A stretch of 64,000 bases of DNA. It comes from a virus. This document shows positions 1 through 9,840 of the stretch, one piece after another (the first letter of the stretch is position 1; each line of letters starts with the position of its first letter). The notes under the pieces were generated by a model. That model made no database searches, had not been told where the DNA came from, and worked only from the letters and a program-made list of their open reading frames with translations. Both the position numbers and the translations under genes were made by a program. Location of the stretch: the IMG/VR virus record IMGVR_UViG_3300037483_000594, positions 106,136-170,135 of that record. One strand, written 5' to 3'.

Positions 1-1
1 T

Positions 2-1057
2 ACCGAGTTGACAGCGCTCGCGCTACCAAGAGACAAGTCCGGGCGGATGAAGCCAGAGGTGCTTCTTGACGCTAAGTTTGGTTACTTTCTGGGTTGTTTG
101 GTGGGGGACGGCTGGGTCACGGGTGATGAGACACTGCGGTTCACATGTATGGCCAGCAGCTTTCCGGAGGTGCTTGGTACGTGGGAGCGGTCTGCGTCAT
201 GCCTTTTCTCAGAGAATCCGCACTTCAGCGAGCAGTACTGCTGTGAGGGGACCTTCGAGAACTCAAAGGGGACTACGCGCGCAACTATTTCTTCGGTAGC
301 GTTGGCTACGTTTCTGCAGCCACTTATCGGTCATGGCGCGCGCAATAAGCACCTCCCTCCGTTTTTCTTGTCGGCCCCTGAATCTTTCCGTGTTGGTCTT
401 TTGGCTGGGTTGATGGACACAGACGGCTCGATGTCATGGTCGATGGCAAAAGGCAAGGCGCAGTTTATGTGCAGTGTTAGCTCCACCAGCATAAGGCTGC
501 TACAGGAAACTCAGCATCTTCTCCGCACGCTTGGAATCACCGCGAGTATCACCACTACCACCACGCCAAAGGGAGCTGCGTCATGGGTGCTGTCTATCTC
601 TTCTGTGGGGTTGTACGAGCACAGGCGTAAACTTGCTCGACCGGCGCACAGTGGGAAACGCGCTGTGTGGGAGGAGTTCTGTGCTGGGGACGGCCCGGCT
701 TCCGGAGGTGCTTTTTCACGGTACCGGCTCGTACCGCTACCTTCCAAGCTTGCTGCCAGCCTGCGGAAGATTGTCACGGTGAACGAGGACCGCAGCGTGT
801 ACATGACGCTGTCCAAGGCGATCGATCGGCAGTACATGTCGAAGCTGCTGGCCGAAAAGACTGTTCGGATGGTGAACGAACGTGGAGGGTGTGCACACCC
901 CTTCTACGCGCGCTGGGCACGGCTGGTCGAAACTCCTGGGATGCACTTTGAGCGTGTTGTGGACGTGCAGCAGACGAACATTCTAGAGGACGGGTATGAC
1001 CTAACCGTCCCGGGCTACGAGACCTTTATGGCAGTAGACGGCGTTGTGCTGTCCAAC
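2..1057 (+). mobile_element. Intein 1 (partial) with LAGLIDADG homing endonuclease, inserted just after the expected catalytic DxDGD motif
   Basis: LAGLIDADG motifs FLGCLVGDG and LLAGLMDTDG; C-terminal splicing block GYDLTVPGYETFMAVDGVVLSN followed by Thr+1. Confidence 0.9.
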
Positions 1058-4000
1058 ACAATGTCGGCTTACGTGCCGGTGACCGAAAAGGCTGTTCAGG
1101 AAGCGTGGCAGATGATGCCGTCGAACAACCTGTTCAGCCCGGCTTCCGGGAAGCTGATGTACGCACCCACCAACGAGATGCAGGTAGGGCTGTACATGGC
1201 CACCGAGGTCGGGAAGGACACGGACAAGAAGTTTGCTTCCCTCTCGGAGCTGCGACGGGCAGTGAACTCCGGAAAGCTCCACGGGACCGATGTGGTCACG
1301 TTGAACGGGCAGCGCACCACCTTCCACCGCGCGGAACTCGTAGACGCACTTCCGGAGCAGGCGCGGGAGGGGAACAAGCACCTCCTCACGGACCTTGGGT
1401 ACAGGCTGACCAAGGCCAAGCAAGGCGCGCTGTTCGAGTCGATGGCGCACTCTGGGGCCGACGGCAAAGAGTTCGGGGCGGCGATAAACGCCGTCAAGGA
1501 CCTTGGGAACAAGGTGGTGAGCACAGGGGGCTTCTCGTTCGGGCTCAAAGACATCGCTCCTCAGAAGGCGCTGCGGGCCGCAGCCTTTGCCGATGCGGAC
1601 AAGGCTGTCGCACAACTGCGTGGTGTCGAACGTGAGGAGAAGATCGTCGACCTCTACTCCAAGGCGACCACCGCGCTCGAGAAGGACGTGCAGCAGATGG
1701 CGCAAGAACGCGCGTCTGAGTCTGCACTGGCCAAGCTGCAGGTAGCTGCCGGGATCAAGGGGAACGGTTACAGGCAGCTCGTGGCGGCCCCCGGGCTCTT
1801 CGTGGACGGGCTAGGGAGGGTAGTGCCCTCTCCGGTCAAGCGCTCTTACGCGGAGGGGCTGAAGAGCAGCGACTACTACGTCAGCACCTCTGGGGCGCGG
1901 AAGGGCATAATCCAGAAGGTACAGAGCGTGCGCGACCCAGGGTACCTCACCAAGCTCATGGTGAACTCCACCATTTCCGAGATGGTGGACAGGGAGGACT
2001 GCGGCACCCATTACGGTATCTCCCTGTCCGTGGACGAACCGGATGTGCAAGGGCGCTTCACGGTGGTTGACCACAAGCTCAGCAACGGCTCGGTCATCCC
2101 CGCCGGCACCTTGCTCGACAGCTCTATTGTGACCCGGATACGCAACGACAAGCCCGGGGCCAAACTGGTGGTGCGTTCTCCCATGCGATGCACTCACACC
2201 ACTGGGCTCTGCGCAAAGTGCGCCGGGCTGCAGGCGGACGGGAAGCTTCCGGAAAAGGGCACCAACATTGGTATCTTGGCTGCCCAGGCCCTTGGAGAAC
2301 GTGGAACACAGCTAGCTCTGAAGTCCTTTCACTGTTCGCACGCCAAGACGTTGGTGGTCGTCTGCAGGCGGGATGACCAAACAGTCAGGGCTATGACACT
2401 CGAGGAACTCTACGAGAAGGCGGTCAACCCTGTGGCGGAGGGTTGGCTGATCTACGACGGGGCGTGGCAGGAGCTCTCCGCGGTGAGCAGGCACCGCCCA
2501 ACCGACCGTATGATGTTTGTGAGCTGCTCCAGTGTGGCGACGGTCTGCCAGGACAATCATCCCCTGGCGACCTACGAAAACAGGGTTTCTTGCGAGAAGT
2601 GTGGTTACCACCGGCTGAAGAAACCAGGGGCGAACGCTTCCATAAAAAACGGCAAGTTGTACTGCCCAAAGTGCTTTACCTACCAATACCCTATGGTCCC
2701 GGCGGAGGGGGAGGTGAAGTTCCTTGCACCTCAAGAGGTGGAGTGCAAGCGTGTGTACTTGCAGCGCTGTCTCGACCTCCCGGTTTCTTGTGTTAGAAAA
2801 ACACCGTGGCTTGATCCGTACCTCGCTGGTATGTACGTGGCAGAGGGGAGTCTGGGGTATGTAGCAACTGCCTCGGGGGTGAAGAAACCGTACTTCGTCA
2901 CTATCAGTCAGAACCGCGGGGCCGTGCGCGACAAACTGGAGCAGAAGCTGCCCCCTGAGTGGTGTGCCAAGCTTGGGGGGCGTGGCGTTGTGATTAACAG
3001 AGTCGCGCTCGGTGAGCGACTTGAAACAACGTTCGGCCGCTACTCGCGAAACGTGGCGCTGCCCTCCGACTTCCTAGCCTACGAACAGGGGTGGCTCGCC
3101 GAGTTCTTGTGTGGGCTGATCGATGGGGACGGGACGATCAAGCCTGACAAGGACGGGGCGCAGCGTATCGCGATCGACACGACAAGTTTTGCGCTGGCGC
3201 AACAGGTCGTGTTTATCTGTTCTCTGTTGAACATCGTGCCTTCTGTCCTGGCTACGTCACACCGAAAGCTGACCAGACATCAGGGTTTCCGTGTTGTGCT
3301 GCGGGTGACAGCGGCAGTGAAAGACTTGTTGAAAGAATCCATAAAGGTCCAGAGTGTGGAGAAACTGAGCCCGGACCAGGACTTTCAGAGAACAGGGCGC
3401 ACGCTGCTCTCGACCAAAAAAGAGGTGTTGTACACAGACGAGTACGTCTACGACGTCACGACCTCTTCCGGTACGTTTCTCGCGGGTGGGGTGCTCAGTC
3501 ACAACAGCGGGGGTGTTTACTCCCCTACGGACATGACCTCTTTGGCTGGGAGCGGGATCGAGAGAGCCATGACGCTCCTTCAGCTTCCGAAGACGGTGAA
3601 GGGCTCGGCCACCCTTTCCACGGTCGGGGGTGTGGTGCGAAAGGTCGAGAGGGACGCTGCCGGCGGGGTCAACATTTTTGTGGACGACGGAAAGGGCCTG
3701 CGAAAGCACTACGTGCCCGCGGGTCGCAAGCTCCTGGGCTCGGTTGGAGGGAAGGTGCGCCCCGGAGACCCCCTTTCTTCAGGGCCGGTGAACCCGCACG
3801 ACCTGTTGCCGCTTGCCGGGGTAGCACGCACCCAGGGGTTCCTGGCAAACGAGCTGCACAGCATCTACGGGAAAGAGGGCGTCAGGCGTCGGCACTCCGA
3901 GGTTCTGGTGAGGGCTGTGAGCTCGGTGGCGAGGGTAGAGGACCCCGGAGATCACGCGACTCTTCTTCCGGGGGACTACGTGGACACGAACGCCACGGCG

Positions 4001-4252
4001 CAGTGGAACGACAAGCACAGGGGCAAGGCGCCTGTGCAGTACACTCCCGTGGTGCGTGGAGTCGAGCAGCTTCCGCTTGACGTGAGCGAGGACTGGTTGG
4101 CCCGCCTGAACCATGAGCGCGGAAGAAAGACCATTATCGAGGCTGCGCAACAAAACTGGTCCACGGACCTGCACGGTCGGCACCCTATTCCCGGACTTAT
4201 CTATGGTGTAGAATTCGGAAAAGGAACGAAAGACAAACCCTGGCACTACTAG
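2..4252 (+). CDS. rpoC: Phage multisubunit DNA-directed RNA polymerase beta' subunit, 5'-truncated by the window, with two inteins
   Basis: Frame is open from the window start. Extein motifs: TMSAYVPVTEKAVQEA (follows NADFDGD in beta'), bridge helix YYVSTSGARKG..GYLTK, Zn site DCGT..RSPMRC..GLCAKC, trigger loop AAQALGERGTQLALKSFH/SGG. Confidence 0.93.
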   Translation, partial: TELTALALPRDKSGRMKPEVLLDAKFGYFLGCLVGDGWVTGDETLRFTCMASSFPEVLGTWERSASCLFSENPHFSEQYCCEGTFENSKGTTRATISSVALATFLQPLIGHGARNKHLPPFFLSAPESFRVGLLAGLMDTDGSMSWSMAKGKAQFMCSVSSTSIRLLQETQHLLRTLGITASITTTTTPKGAASWVLSISSVGLYEHRRKLARPAHSGKRAVWEEFCAGDGPASGGAFSRYRLVPLPSKLAASLRKIVTVNEDRSVYMTLSKAIDRQYMSKLLAEKTVRMVNERGGCAHPFYARWARLVETPGMHFERVVDVQQTNILEDGYDLTVPGYETFMAVDGVVLSNTMSAYVPVTEKAVQEAWQMMPSNNLFSPASGKLMYAPTNEMQVGLYMATEVGKDTDKKFASLSELRRAVNSGKLHGTDVVTLNGQRTTFHRAELVDALPEQAREGNKHLLTDLGYRLTKAKQGALFESMAHSGADGKEFGAAINAVKDLGNKVVSTGGFSFGLKDIAPQKALRAAAFADADKAVAQLRGVEREEKIVDLYSKATTALEKDVQQMAQERASESALAKLQVAAGIKGNGYRQLVAAPGLFVDGLGRVVPSPVKRSYAEGLKSSDYYVSTSGARKGIIQKVQSVRDPGYLTKLMVNSTISEMVDREDCGTHYGISLSVDEPDVQGRFTVVDHKLSNGSVIPAGTLLDSSIVTRIRNDKPGAKLVVRSPMRCTHTTGLCAKCAGLQADGKLPEKGTNIGILAAQALGERGTQLALKSFHCSHAKTLVVVCRRDDQTVRAMTLEELYEKAVNPVAEGWLIYDGAWQELSAVSRHRPTDRMMFVSCSSVATVCQDNHPLATYENRVSCEKCGYHRLKKPGANASIKNGKLYCPKCFTYQYPMVPAEGEVKFLAPQEVECKRVYLQRCLDLPVSCVRKTPWLDPYLAGMYVAEGSLGYVATASGVKKPYFVTISQNRGAVRDKLEQKLPPEWCAKLGGRGVVINRVALGERLETTFGRYSRNVALPSDFLAYEQGWLAEFLCGLIDGDGTIKPDKDGAQRIAIDTTSFALAQQVVFICSLLNIVPSVLATSHRKLTRHQGFRVVLRVTAAVKDLLKESIKVQSVEKLSPDQDFQRTGRTLLSTKKEVLYTDEYVYDVTTSSGTFLAGGVLSHNSGGVYSPTDMTSLAGSGIERAMTLLQLPKTVKGSATLSTVGGVVRKVERDAAGGVNIFVDDGKGLRKHYVPAGRKLLGSVGGKVRPGDPLSSGPVNPHDLLPLAGVARTQGFLANELHSIYGKEGVRRRHSEVLVRAVSSVARVEDPGDHATLLPGDYVDTNATAQWNDKHRGKAPVQYTPVVRGVEQLPLDVSEDWLARLNHERGRKTIIEAAQQNWSTDLHGRHPIPGLIYGVEFGKGTKDKPWHY
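2333..3505 (+). mobile_element. Intein 2 (391 aa) with LAGLIDADG endonuclease, inserted in the trigger loop
   Basis: Starts at Cys after KSFH; CQDNHP block B; YLAGMYVAEG and FLCGLIDGDG; ends YVYDVTTSSGTFLAGGVLSHN followed by Ser+1. Confidence 0.93.
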
Positions 4253-4260
4253 GAGCAGCT

Positions 4261-4632
4261 ATGACCAATCTTGAAAAGCTGGCGTTCGCGATTCAGATGC
4301 AGGCATGCCTCGACACCATGTTCCAACTGGAAAAGGAGGCGATGCTCGAAGCCGCCGCCCTCGGAAAAGAGGCCGGGGTCTCCACGTTCTTCTCCGGGCT
4401 CGGGAAGGGGTTGAGCAAGCTGCGCGCCCCGGGTGGTATCGCGCAGACGGCAACCGACCTCACCGAGGCGTGGCGTAAGGGTGCGGGTGGTGGAGCTGGT
4501 GCCCTGGGCGGCCTCGGCGGGGTGCTCGGGACCAACCGGGGTAAGCTGCTTGCCGGTGGGGCGCTCGCGGGCGGGGCCCTCTTGGCTGGTGGCGGCTACT
4601 TGGCCGGGCGCAGCTCGCAGCCACGGGACTGA
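4261..4632 (+). CDS. Small KxA-motif protein with Gly/Ala-rich hydrophobic C-terminus, putative virion internal protein
   Basis: AGGAG RBS; LEKLA, LEKEA, LGKEA; LLAGGALAGGALLAGGGYL. Confidence 0.65.
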   Translation: MTNLEKLAFAIQMQACLDTMFQLEKEAMLEAAALGKEAGVSTFFSGLGKGLSKLRAPGGIAQTATDLTEAWRKGAGGGAGALGGLGGVLGTNRGKLLAGGALAGGALLAGGGYLAGRSSQPRD

Positions 4633-5726
4633 TGCACCGTCAGCAAAACTCGCCTGTGAGTTCCGGGTCCTCACCGATCCGGATCGAGAAGGCGCGGATC
4701 GTAAACGTCCACCAGAACGGGTGGCTCGTTGACGTGCGCACCCTGCACTCCGGGCGGACCTACATGGACATCGAGGTGTTGAGCCCCTACTTCCACTACA
4801 GTTGGGGGGAGGGTGTCTACGCCATGCCCGAGATAGGGGCCACGGCGCAGGTTTGTGTCTCGTCCGACGGCACCCCCTTCTTGCTCGGGTTCACCGGAGC
4901 CTTCGAGCGGGAAGACGGCGACGCCAGTTTCCGCGGGGGGCGCCCCCGCGCGAAGCTCGGAGACATCATCCTTCGCGGGCGCGACGGGAACAGGGTGTAC
5001 CTGCACAGGGGTGGGGTGTTGGAGGTTGGGTCGGAGACGCTGCCACGCTCCTTTTACATTCCGTTACAGGGGTTGATTCGCCACGTGGGAGTGAGACACG
5101 AGTCGCTCTACGCCGGGGGGTCGGTCAACTGGGACGTGCAGCGTAGCGACGAGGCCGACGAAGAAGGCCCCGATGCCGTGTTGACGCTCCTGGCTTTTTC
5201 CAAAGCTACCGAGGAGAAAGCCACGGTACGGCTAAGGCTGGGGAGGTTGGACGGAGGGGACGACCGGGTTGAGTTTCTTGTGGCCCCCACCGCGCTCGAC
5301 AAGACGGGGGCGCCATCCGCGTCGGTGTTCTCGTTTCTTGTCGACAAAGACGGGGCTGCGGAGTGTGCTATCGCCGACAACCTGACCCTCACCGTTGAGG
5401 GGGAGCTGAGCTTCAGTGGGGAGGGGGCGGCCACGCTCTCTTTCGCGTCTGACTGTGACGTCAGCGTTGGTGGTGACAGCACCTTTGACGTGTCCGGAAG
5501 AGCAACATTTTCCGCTCAGGACTTTGTTGCGCGTGCAGCGTCGGTACTCCTTGACTCCTCCAACGTGCAGTTGGGCGGGGAGGGGGGCTCGAAGGTGGTC
5601 GTCGCCTCTCCGATGTTCGAGGCGTTTCTTTCGCACACGCACAGCGTGACCGGCACTGCCACGGGGCCACCGACCGTAGTTCCTCTGTCACTCGCGATGA
5701 CCGCACAAAACGTAAGGGCTCGTTAA
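4632..5726 (+). CDS. Baseplate central spike (gpV/gp5-like)
   Basis: N-terminal OB-like region (ARIVNV..MPEIGA.A.V..PFLLGF), beta-strand repeat region, C-terminal SHTH metal-binding tip motif. Confidence 0.75.
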   Translation: MHRQQNSPVSSGSSPIRIEKARIVNVHQNGWLVDVRTLHSGRTYMDIEVLSPYFHYSWGEGVYAMPEIGATAQVCVSSDGTPFLLGFTGAFEREDGDASFRGGRPRAKLGDIILRGRDGNRVYLHRGGVLEVGSETLPRSFYIPLQGLIRHVGVRHESLYAGGSVNWDVQRSDEADEEGPDAVLTLLAFSKATEEKATVRLRLGRLDGGDDRVEFLVAPTALDKTGAPSASVFSFLVDKDGAAECAIADNLTLTVEGELSFSGEGAATLSFASDCDVSVGGDSTFDVSGRATFSAQDFVARAASVLLDSSNVQLGGEGGSKVVVASPMFEAFLSHTHSVTGTATGPPTVVPLSLAMTAQNVRAR

Positions 5727-5760
5727 TTGTTTGGTGTACACTGCTGCTAAGGGTGAAAAG

Positions 5761-7776
5761 ATGTCAGAGCTTTTTCGCGAGGTAGCGCTCCCCGTTCTTC
5801 AAAAAACAGCCGGGAACTTTCGGTTGTCGAACTCCGCAGACAGTTGGCCGGAAGAGATCATGAACTCGCTGTTGGAAGCGCACGCGTACCTGGCCGCCAT
5901 GGACCTGCGTATGGACATGCAGAACGTGGACGGAGAGCAGGGCTTTGGCCTTGGCGTGTTCTATGTGTCCCCCCCGCACGTGATGCCCAACCAGGGCCCC
6001 GGGACAGAGACCTACAGGCAGCGTGACGGGGTGCGCGCTCTCCGGATTCCGATTCTTGTCAACGAGTACAAGCTCTGCCCGTTCGACATCGTTATTGACG
6101 AGCGCGGTAAGGTCTACCCACTGAACGAAGAGCGTGTGCGGAGGTTGCTGTACAGACCGCAGCTCTTTGACGCCACCACGCAAAAGAACGAGCGCAGTGC
6201 CATCGATCGTGTCTTCATGCCGTTGCTGCGGCAGGGCAACCTTTCTGGGGTCAGTGACTTCGCTGCCGACTACATGAAGTACGGCTCGGCTTTGGTGTCG
6301 ATGCTCCCCGGGGCCGACCACCGACAGATAGAGGCCACGGTGCGCGAGCTGCAGGACGACAGCACCCTGCTGAAGGCGGCGAGCCATGACCCAGTGATCT
6401 CCCGACTTTTGGCGGTGGTGGGAGCGGCCGGGGTGATAACCCCCTCCGAGAAGACGAAGTTGGCCAGCGAGATGCTGCGCCCAAACGTGGTGCAGTACCG
6501 GCGGGTGGGGGACTTCTACAAGGTCAAGATGGCCAACACCACGTCCTTTGCCCCTGCGGAGGCCACGCTGGACTACCCAACGCTCGTGGAGGACATCGGA
6601 CGCGAGAACGCGCACGAGGTCAACTCCAAGGGCACCCTGACCCTCACCGCGGACCCGGTGGTGGACGAGGTGCTGGAAGAGGCGGCCGGGTCCCTCGTCA
6701 CCCAGTTCGGAGAGTGGCGCGTGAAAGGCCGGAACGGCGTGGAGCGTGTGGGGTGGGTCTTTCCGGAAGTGCGCTCTTTCACGGGAGTAAGGCTCCCGGT
6801 CAAGATTTTCAACAACGGGGACAGTTGCGCGATCCAGGAAGAGATCGCTGGGAGCTTCGTGGGCGCCGGGGTCAACCTTGTTCGTGGTGCGGTGAAGGGG
6901 CGGGGGCTCTTCTACCGCATTACCAACAGCGGGACCGTGGTGGCTTTTGAGCCTTGCGAGATCCAGAACGGGTACACGCAGAACAACCAGCTTGTCTACG
7001 AGCTCACTACCGTGACCGACCCCCTGGTTGTGATCACGGTGCGCCAGGTCCCCGAGCTGAAGTTGATCACAAAGCTGCGGGACCGAGAGTACGGTATCCC
7101 GGTGGACGTGCGGTGGATGCCCCTTGGTGCCTCGCTGGTGGAGCTCGTATCCACCCCCGAGGCCTTCGCCAAGCTCAGCTCGGCCCGCACCGAGGTCCGA
7201 TGCAGGGGCGGCCGGTGGTCTTTCCAAGGTGCTGCCGTGGAAAAGATCGCTGGCGTGATGGCCACCCGGGACCTCGATGGACCAGATGCGATGTTCGTCT
7301 CCGCCTGCCTGGGGCTGAGCCCCAGTGCGTCCATAAAGGCGCTCGAGAAAGCGGCCACGGGGCGCTCTGTACGAATTTTCGGATGTAGGTCTTGCGTGCT
7401 CCCAGCCGAGCGTGTAAAAACGGCGAGTGCTGTAGCGCGACCGGTTGCACAACACTACGTCAACGTCATGCCCTCCTCCCGCTCCCTGATCAAGGAGGCG
7501 CTACACCTTTCCAAGTTTGCGTTGGACGAACTTGGAATTGACACCCTTGATCAGGTCCTGTCCCTGGGGTACCTCAGCCCGTCGAACGCCGCGAGTGCCG
7601 TGGAGCACCTTCCGAGTTTCGAGGACAGCGTGAACAGGCTCGCTGCCCTGCTGTTGGACGTGCGGCTGGGTGCCAAGATCGGGACCGACGACGGGGAGAT
7701 CGCGGTAAAGACGGCCATGGACTCCTTCGAGAAGGTCATTGCCGGGCTGCGAAAACTGGTGCGTACGAGGAACTGA
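5761..7776 (+). CDS. Large KxA-motif-rich putative head protein
   Basis: Long ORF with LQKTAG, LLKAAS, TKLAS, VEKIAG, LEKAAT, RVKTAS, LIKEAL. Confidence 0.6.
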   Translation: MSELFREVALPVLQKTAGNFRLSNSADSWPEEIMNSLLEAHAYLAAMDLRMDMQNVDGEQGFGLGVFYVSPPHVMPNQGPGTETYRQRDGVRALRIPILVNEYKLCPFDIVIDERGKVYPLNEERVRRLLYRPQLFDATTQKNERSAIDRVFMPLLRQGNLSGVSDFAADYMKYGSALVSMLPGADHRQIEATVRELQDDSTLLKAASHDPVISRLLAVVGAAGVITPSEKTKLASEMLRPNVVQYRRVGDFYKVKMANTTSFAPAEATLDYPTLVEDIGRENAHEVNSKGTLTLTADPVVDEVLEEAAGSLVTQFGEWRVKGRNGVERVGWVFPEVRSFTGVRLPVKIFNNGDSCAIQEEIAGSFVGAGVNLVRGAVKGRGLFYRITNSGTVVAFEPCEIQNGYTQNNQLVYELTTVTDPLVVITVRQVPELKLITKLRDREYGIPVDVRWMPLGASLVELVSTPEAFAKLSSARTEVRCRGGRWSFQGAAVEKIAGVMATRDLDGPDAMFVSACLGLSPSASIKALEKAATGRSVRIFGCRSCVLPAERVKTASAVARPVAQHYVNVMPSSRSLIKEALHLSKFALDELGIDTLDQVLSLGYLSPSNAASAVEHLPSFEDSVNRLAALLLDVRLGAKIGTDDGEIAVKTAMDSFEKVIAGLRKLVRTRN

Positions 7777-8696
7777 TGCTCGCGCACCCTGCCACCTACT
7801 GGGCCAAGTACCTGCTGTCTACACGGCAGTACGAGTACCAGCAGGTCGTTGAGGTGATGGAGTCACGCGACCTGGCGGGGGTCACTGTCGAGCAGCTCAC
7901 TCGACTCGACGAGCAGTTGGCCCGCCCCAAACAGTGGTTCCCCACGCTCAGTACCCACGCCCCCAGCGCCAACTTTTTGCGGGAAGAGGGCATCTACGAG
8001 CTCTGGCATCCGGACAAAGAGAGCCGGGATGCCGAGGCTGTCTTGTACCAGCCCAAAACGCGGAAGTTGGTAGAGACTCTGCTGCTCTCGCCCTTTCGCC
8101 CAGAGGCGGCGGTAGAACGTCTGAACAAGATCCTTCCGGAGAACCGTCGCCTGACGTTGCGTGCGTACCTGCTTTTCCAGCACTACTTTTGGTGCTCGGA
8201 GCACATGACCGGGGACGACTGGGGCACTTTCGTGCTTCAGCGGCGCGCGAACTCCCAGGCTTGGATCAGCATGGCGTTGCACGCTACCAGCCCCGAGAGC
8301 ACGAAGCTCCTTTTGTGGAAGATGGGGTTGGGCACCCTCAAGAACATGGACTCGTACTCCATCTTCAAGTCGGTGCGGGACAAGGCCGCCTTGGCAGTGG
8401 CCCAGCTTCCGGACGAGCCCTCGCTCGAGAACTCCCGGATGCTGGCGAACTATACCAAGGTGCTGCACTACGCTCAGGACGGGATGGAGCACACCGGAGC
8501 CGCCTCCGAGTCGTTGGCCGAGGCGTTCAAGACGTTTAGTCTGGAGTACGACGACGTTGAGATTCCGGCTGTGCACGCCGTGACCTACGGGCGCCTCTCC
8601 GTGCCGGACATCGGGCAGGACGAAGGAGACGCGGCAGACTTTTACAGTGACAGGCAGTCCCTCCTCTTGGCCCCCGAGGACGATGATGCCAATTAG
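7776..8696 (+). CDS. Hypothetical protein
   Basis: 306-aa ORF coupled to the upstream gene (TGATG), acidic tail. Confidence 0.7.
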   Translation: MLAHPATYWAKYLLSTRQYEYQQVVEVMESRDLAGVTVEQLTRLDEQLARPKQWFPTLSTHAPSANFLREEGIYELWHPDKESRDAEAVLYQPKTRKLVETLLLSPFRPEAAVERLNKILPENRRLTLRAYLLFQHYFWCSEHMTGDDWGTFVLQRRANSQAWISMALHATSPESTKLLLWKMGLGTLKNMDSYSIFKSVRDKAALAVAQLPDEPSLENSRMLANYTKVLHYAQDGMEHTGAASESLAEAFKTFSLEYDDVEIPAVHAVTYGRLSVPDIGQDEGDAADFYSDRQSLLLAPEDDDAN

Positions 8697-9072
8697 GGAA
8701 GAGGAGTACCGCACTGCCCGTGAGACAATGGACAGCTCCGGGGTCTGGGACCACAAGTTCCAGACCGAAGAGCGGGTGCTGGACCCGGTACCCTCCCGAA
8801 GGTTCGAGGCTTGTTGGCGACGTGAAGAGCAGACCCTGGAGCTCCAGGTCTACTACTTCGGGCGTGCCCTTGACTTTGTGTGGGACCACGTCCCGTTTGC
8901 CGTGGCCTTGTACGGGAAGCTGCTCGACTACCTTGGTCTGACCTTGTATCCGGAAAGGCTCCTTGTAGAGTTCGTTCCGGAAGTGAACGGGTGGTACGTC
9001 AAGGCCACCGTTCCGCGAGCGCGTGAGGTGCTCCCGGAGGTGCTGGCTCTTATCGTGGACGCAGCGGGGTAA
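8686..9072 (+). CDS. Hypothetical protein
   Basis: GAGGA RBS before ATG; fits operon packing. Confidence 0.6.
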   Translation: MPIREEEYRTARETMDSSGVWDHKFQTEERVLDPVPSRRFEACWRREEQTLELQVYYFGRALDFVWDHVPFAVALYGKLLDYLGLTLYPERLLVEFVPEVNGWYVKATVPRAREVLPEVLALIVDAAG

Positions 9073-9073
9073 T

Positions 9074-9625
9074 ATGCAGGTTTTTGCAGAGTCCTACACG
9101 GCGACCTTGCTCAAGTGCGCGGCGGACGTGCACCAGCTATACGCCGCCTCTCCTTGGCAAAAGGCGCGAGCAGCCCTGGGCAAGGCAGCCCCCTACGCCA
9201 AGGGTTCGGCGATTGGTGGCGGGTTTGGGGCTTTGACAGGCGCGACAGCCGCCCTCCCGGAGGAAGGGGAGGAGCCAGCGGGTCTAGCCCCTGTGTTGGT
9301 GGGGGCAGGGGCCGGGGCTCTCACCGGAGGGGTCTTGCTGGGGAGTGCCCTAAAAAGACTGGGCTCGAGCCCAGCGCGCGCACGCGCTACAGAGGCTGTG
9401 CAAGAGCTTGAGAGACGACGGAAGGGGCTCCCGGCCCCCGACTCAGGAAACGTGATAAACATGTTCTCAAGGCGGCCCACCCGTAACCTGGAAGCTGTCG
9501 GCACTCGTGCGGTTGACCAGATGCCAGACCCTTCACTTCTTGAGGTCCCCGCGGCGCTCCTCGGGACAGTGGCCGCCCCGATGGTTCTCGCCCCGCTAGC
9601 CGCCCACCTGGCAAAGGAGGAATGA
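9074..9625 (+). CDS. KxA-leader protein with glycine-zipper-like hydrophobic segments
   Basis: LLKCAA leader; GGGFGALTGATAA and LVGAGAGALTGGVLLG. Confidence 0.6.
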   Translation: MQVFAESYTATLLKCAADVHQLYAASPWQKARAALGKAAPYAKGSAIGGGFGALTGATAALPEEGEEPAGLAPVLVGAGAGALTGGVLLGSALKRLGSSPARARATEAVQELERRRKGLPAPDSGNVINMFSRRPTRNLEAVGTRAVDQMPDPSLLEVPAALLGTVAAPMVLAPLAAHLAKEE

Positions 9626-9840
9626 TGCCATTCGTCTCGGAGAGTCAGCGCCGAAAGTTCTACGCCATGAAAGAGCGCGGAGAGGTCAGCGCAAAGGTCG
9701 TCAAGGAGTTCGAGAAGGGCTCCCCGGAGGACCTCCCGGAACGTGTGAAGACCGCTGCCTACTGCGAAGCCTACGGGCTCGAGCTGCTCAAGGGGGCAGC
9801 CCCCCGCTGGAAACAGCTTCTCCGTGGCAAGGAGATCTGA
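9622..9840 (+). CDS. Small phage protein (MPFxSExQRR-type N-terminus) with KxA motifs
   Basis: AGGAGG RBS; MPFVSESQRRKFYAM; RVKTAA. Confidence 0.6.
   Translation: MMPFVSESQRRKFYAMKERGEVSAKVVKEFEKGSPEDLPERVKTAAYCEAYGLELLKGAAPRWKQLLRGKEI

Noticed and set aside
5764-7455. 563-aa reverse-strand ORF, and similar ones at 20655-22208 and 17688-18740
   Set aside because: Fully overlap well-supported plus-strand genes; shadow ORFs.
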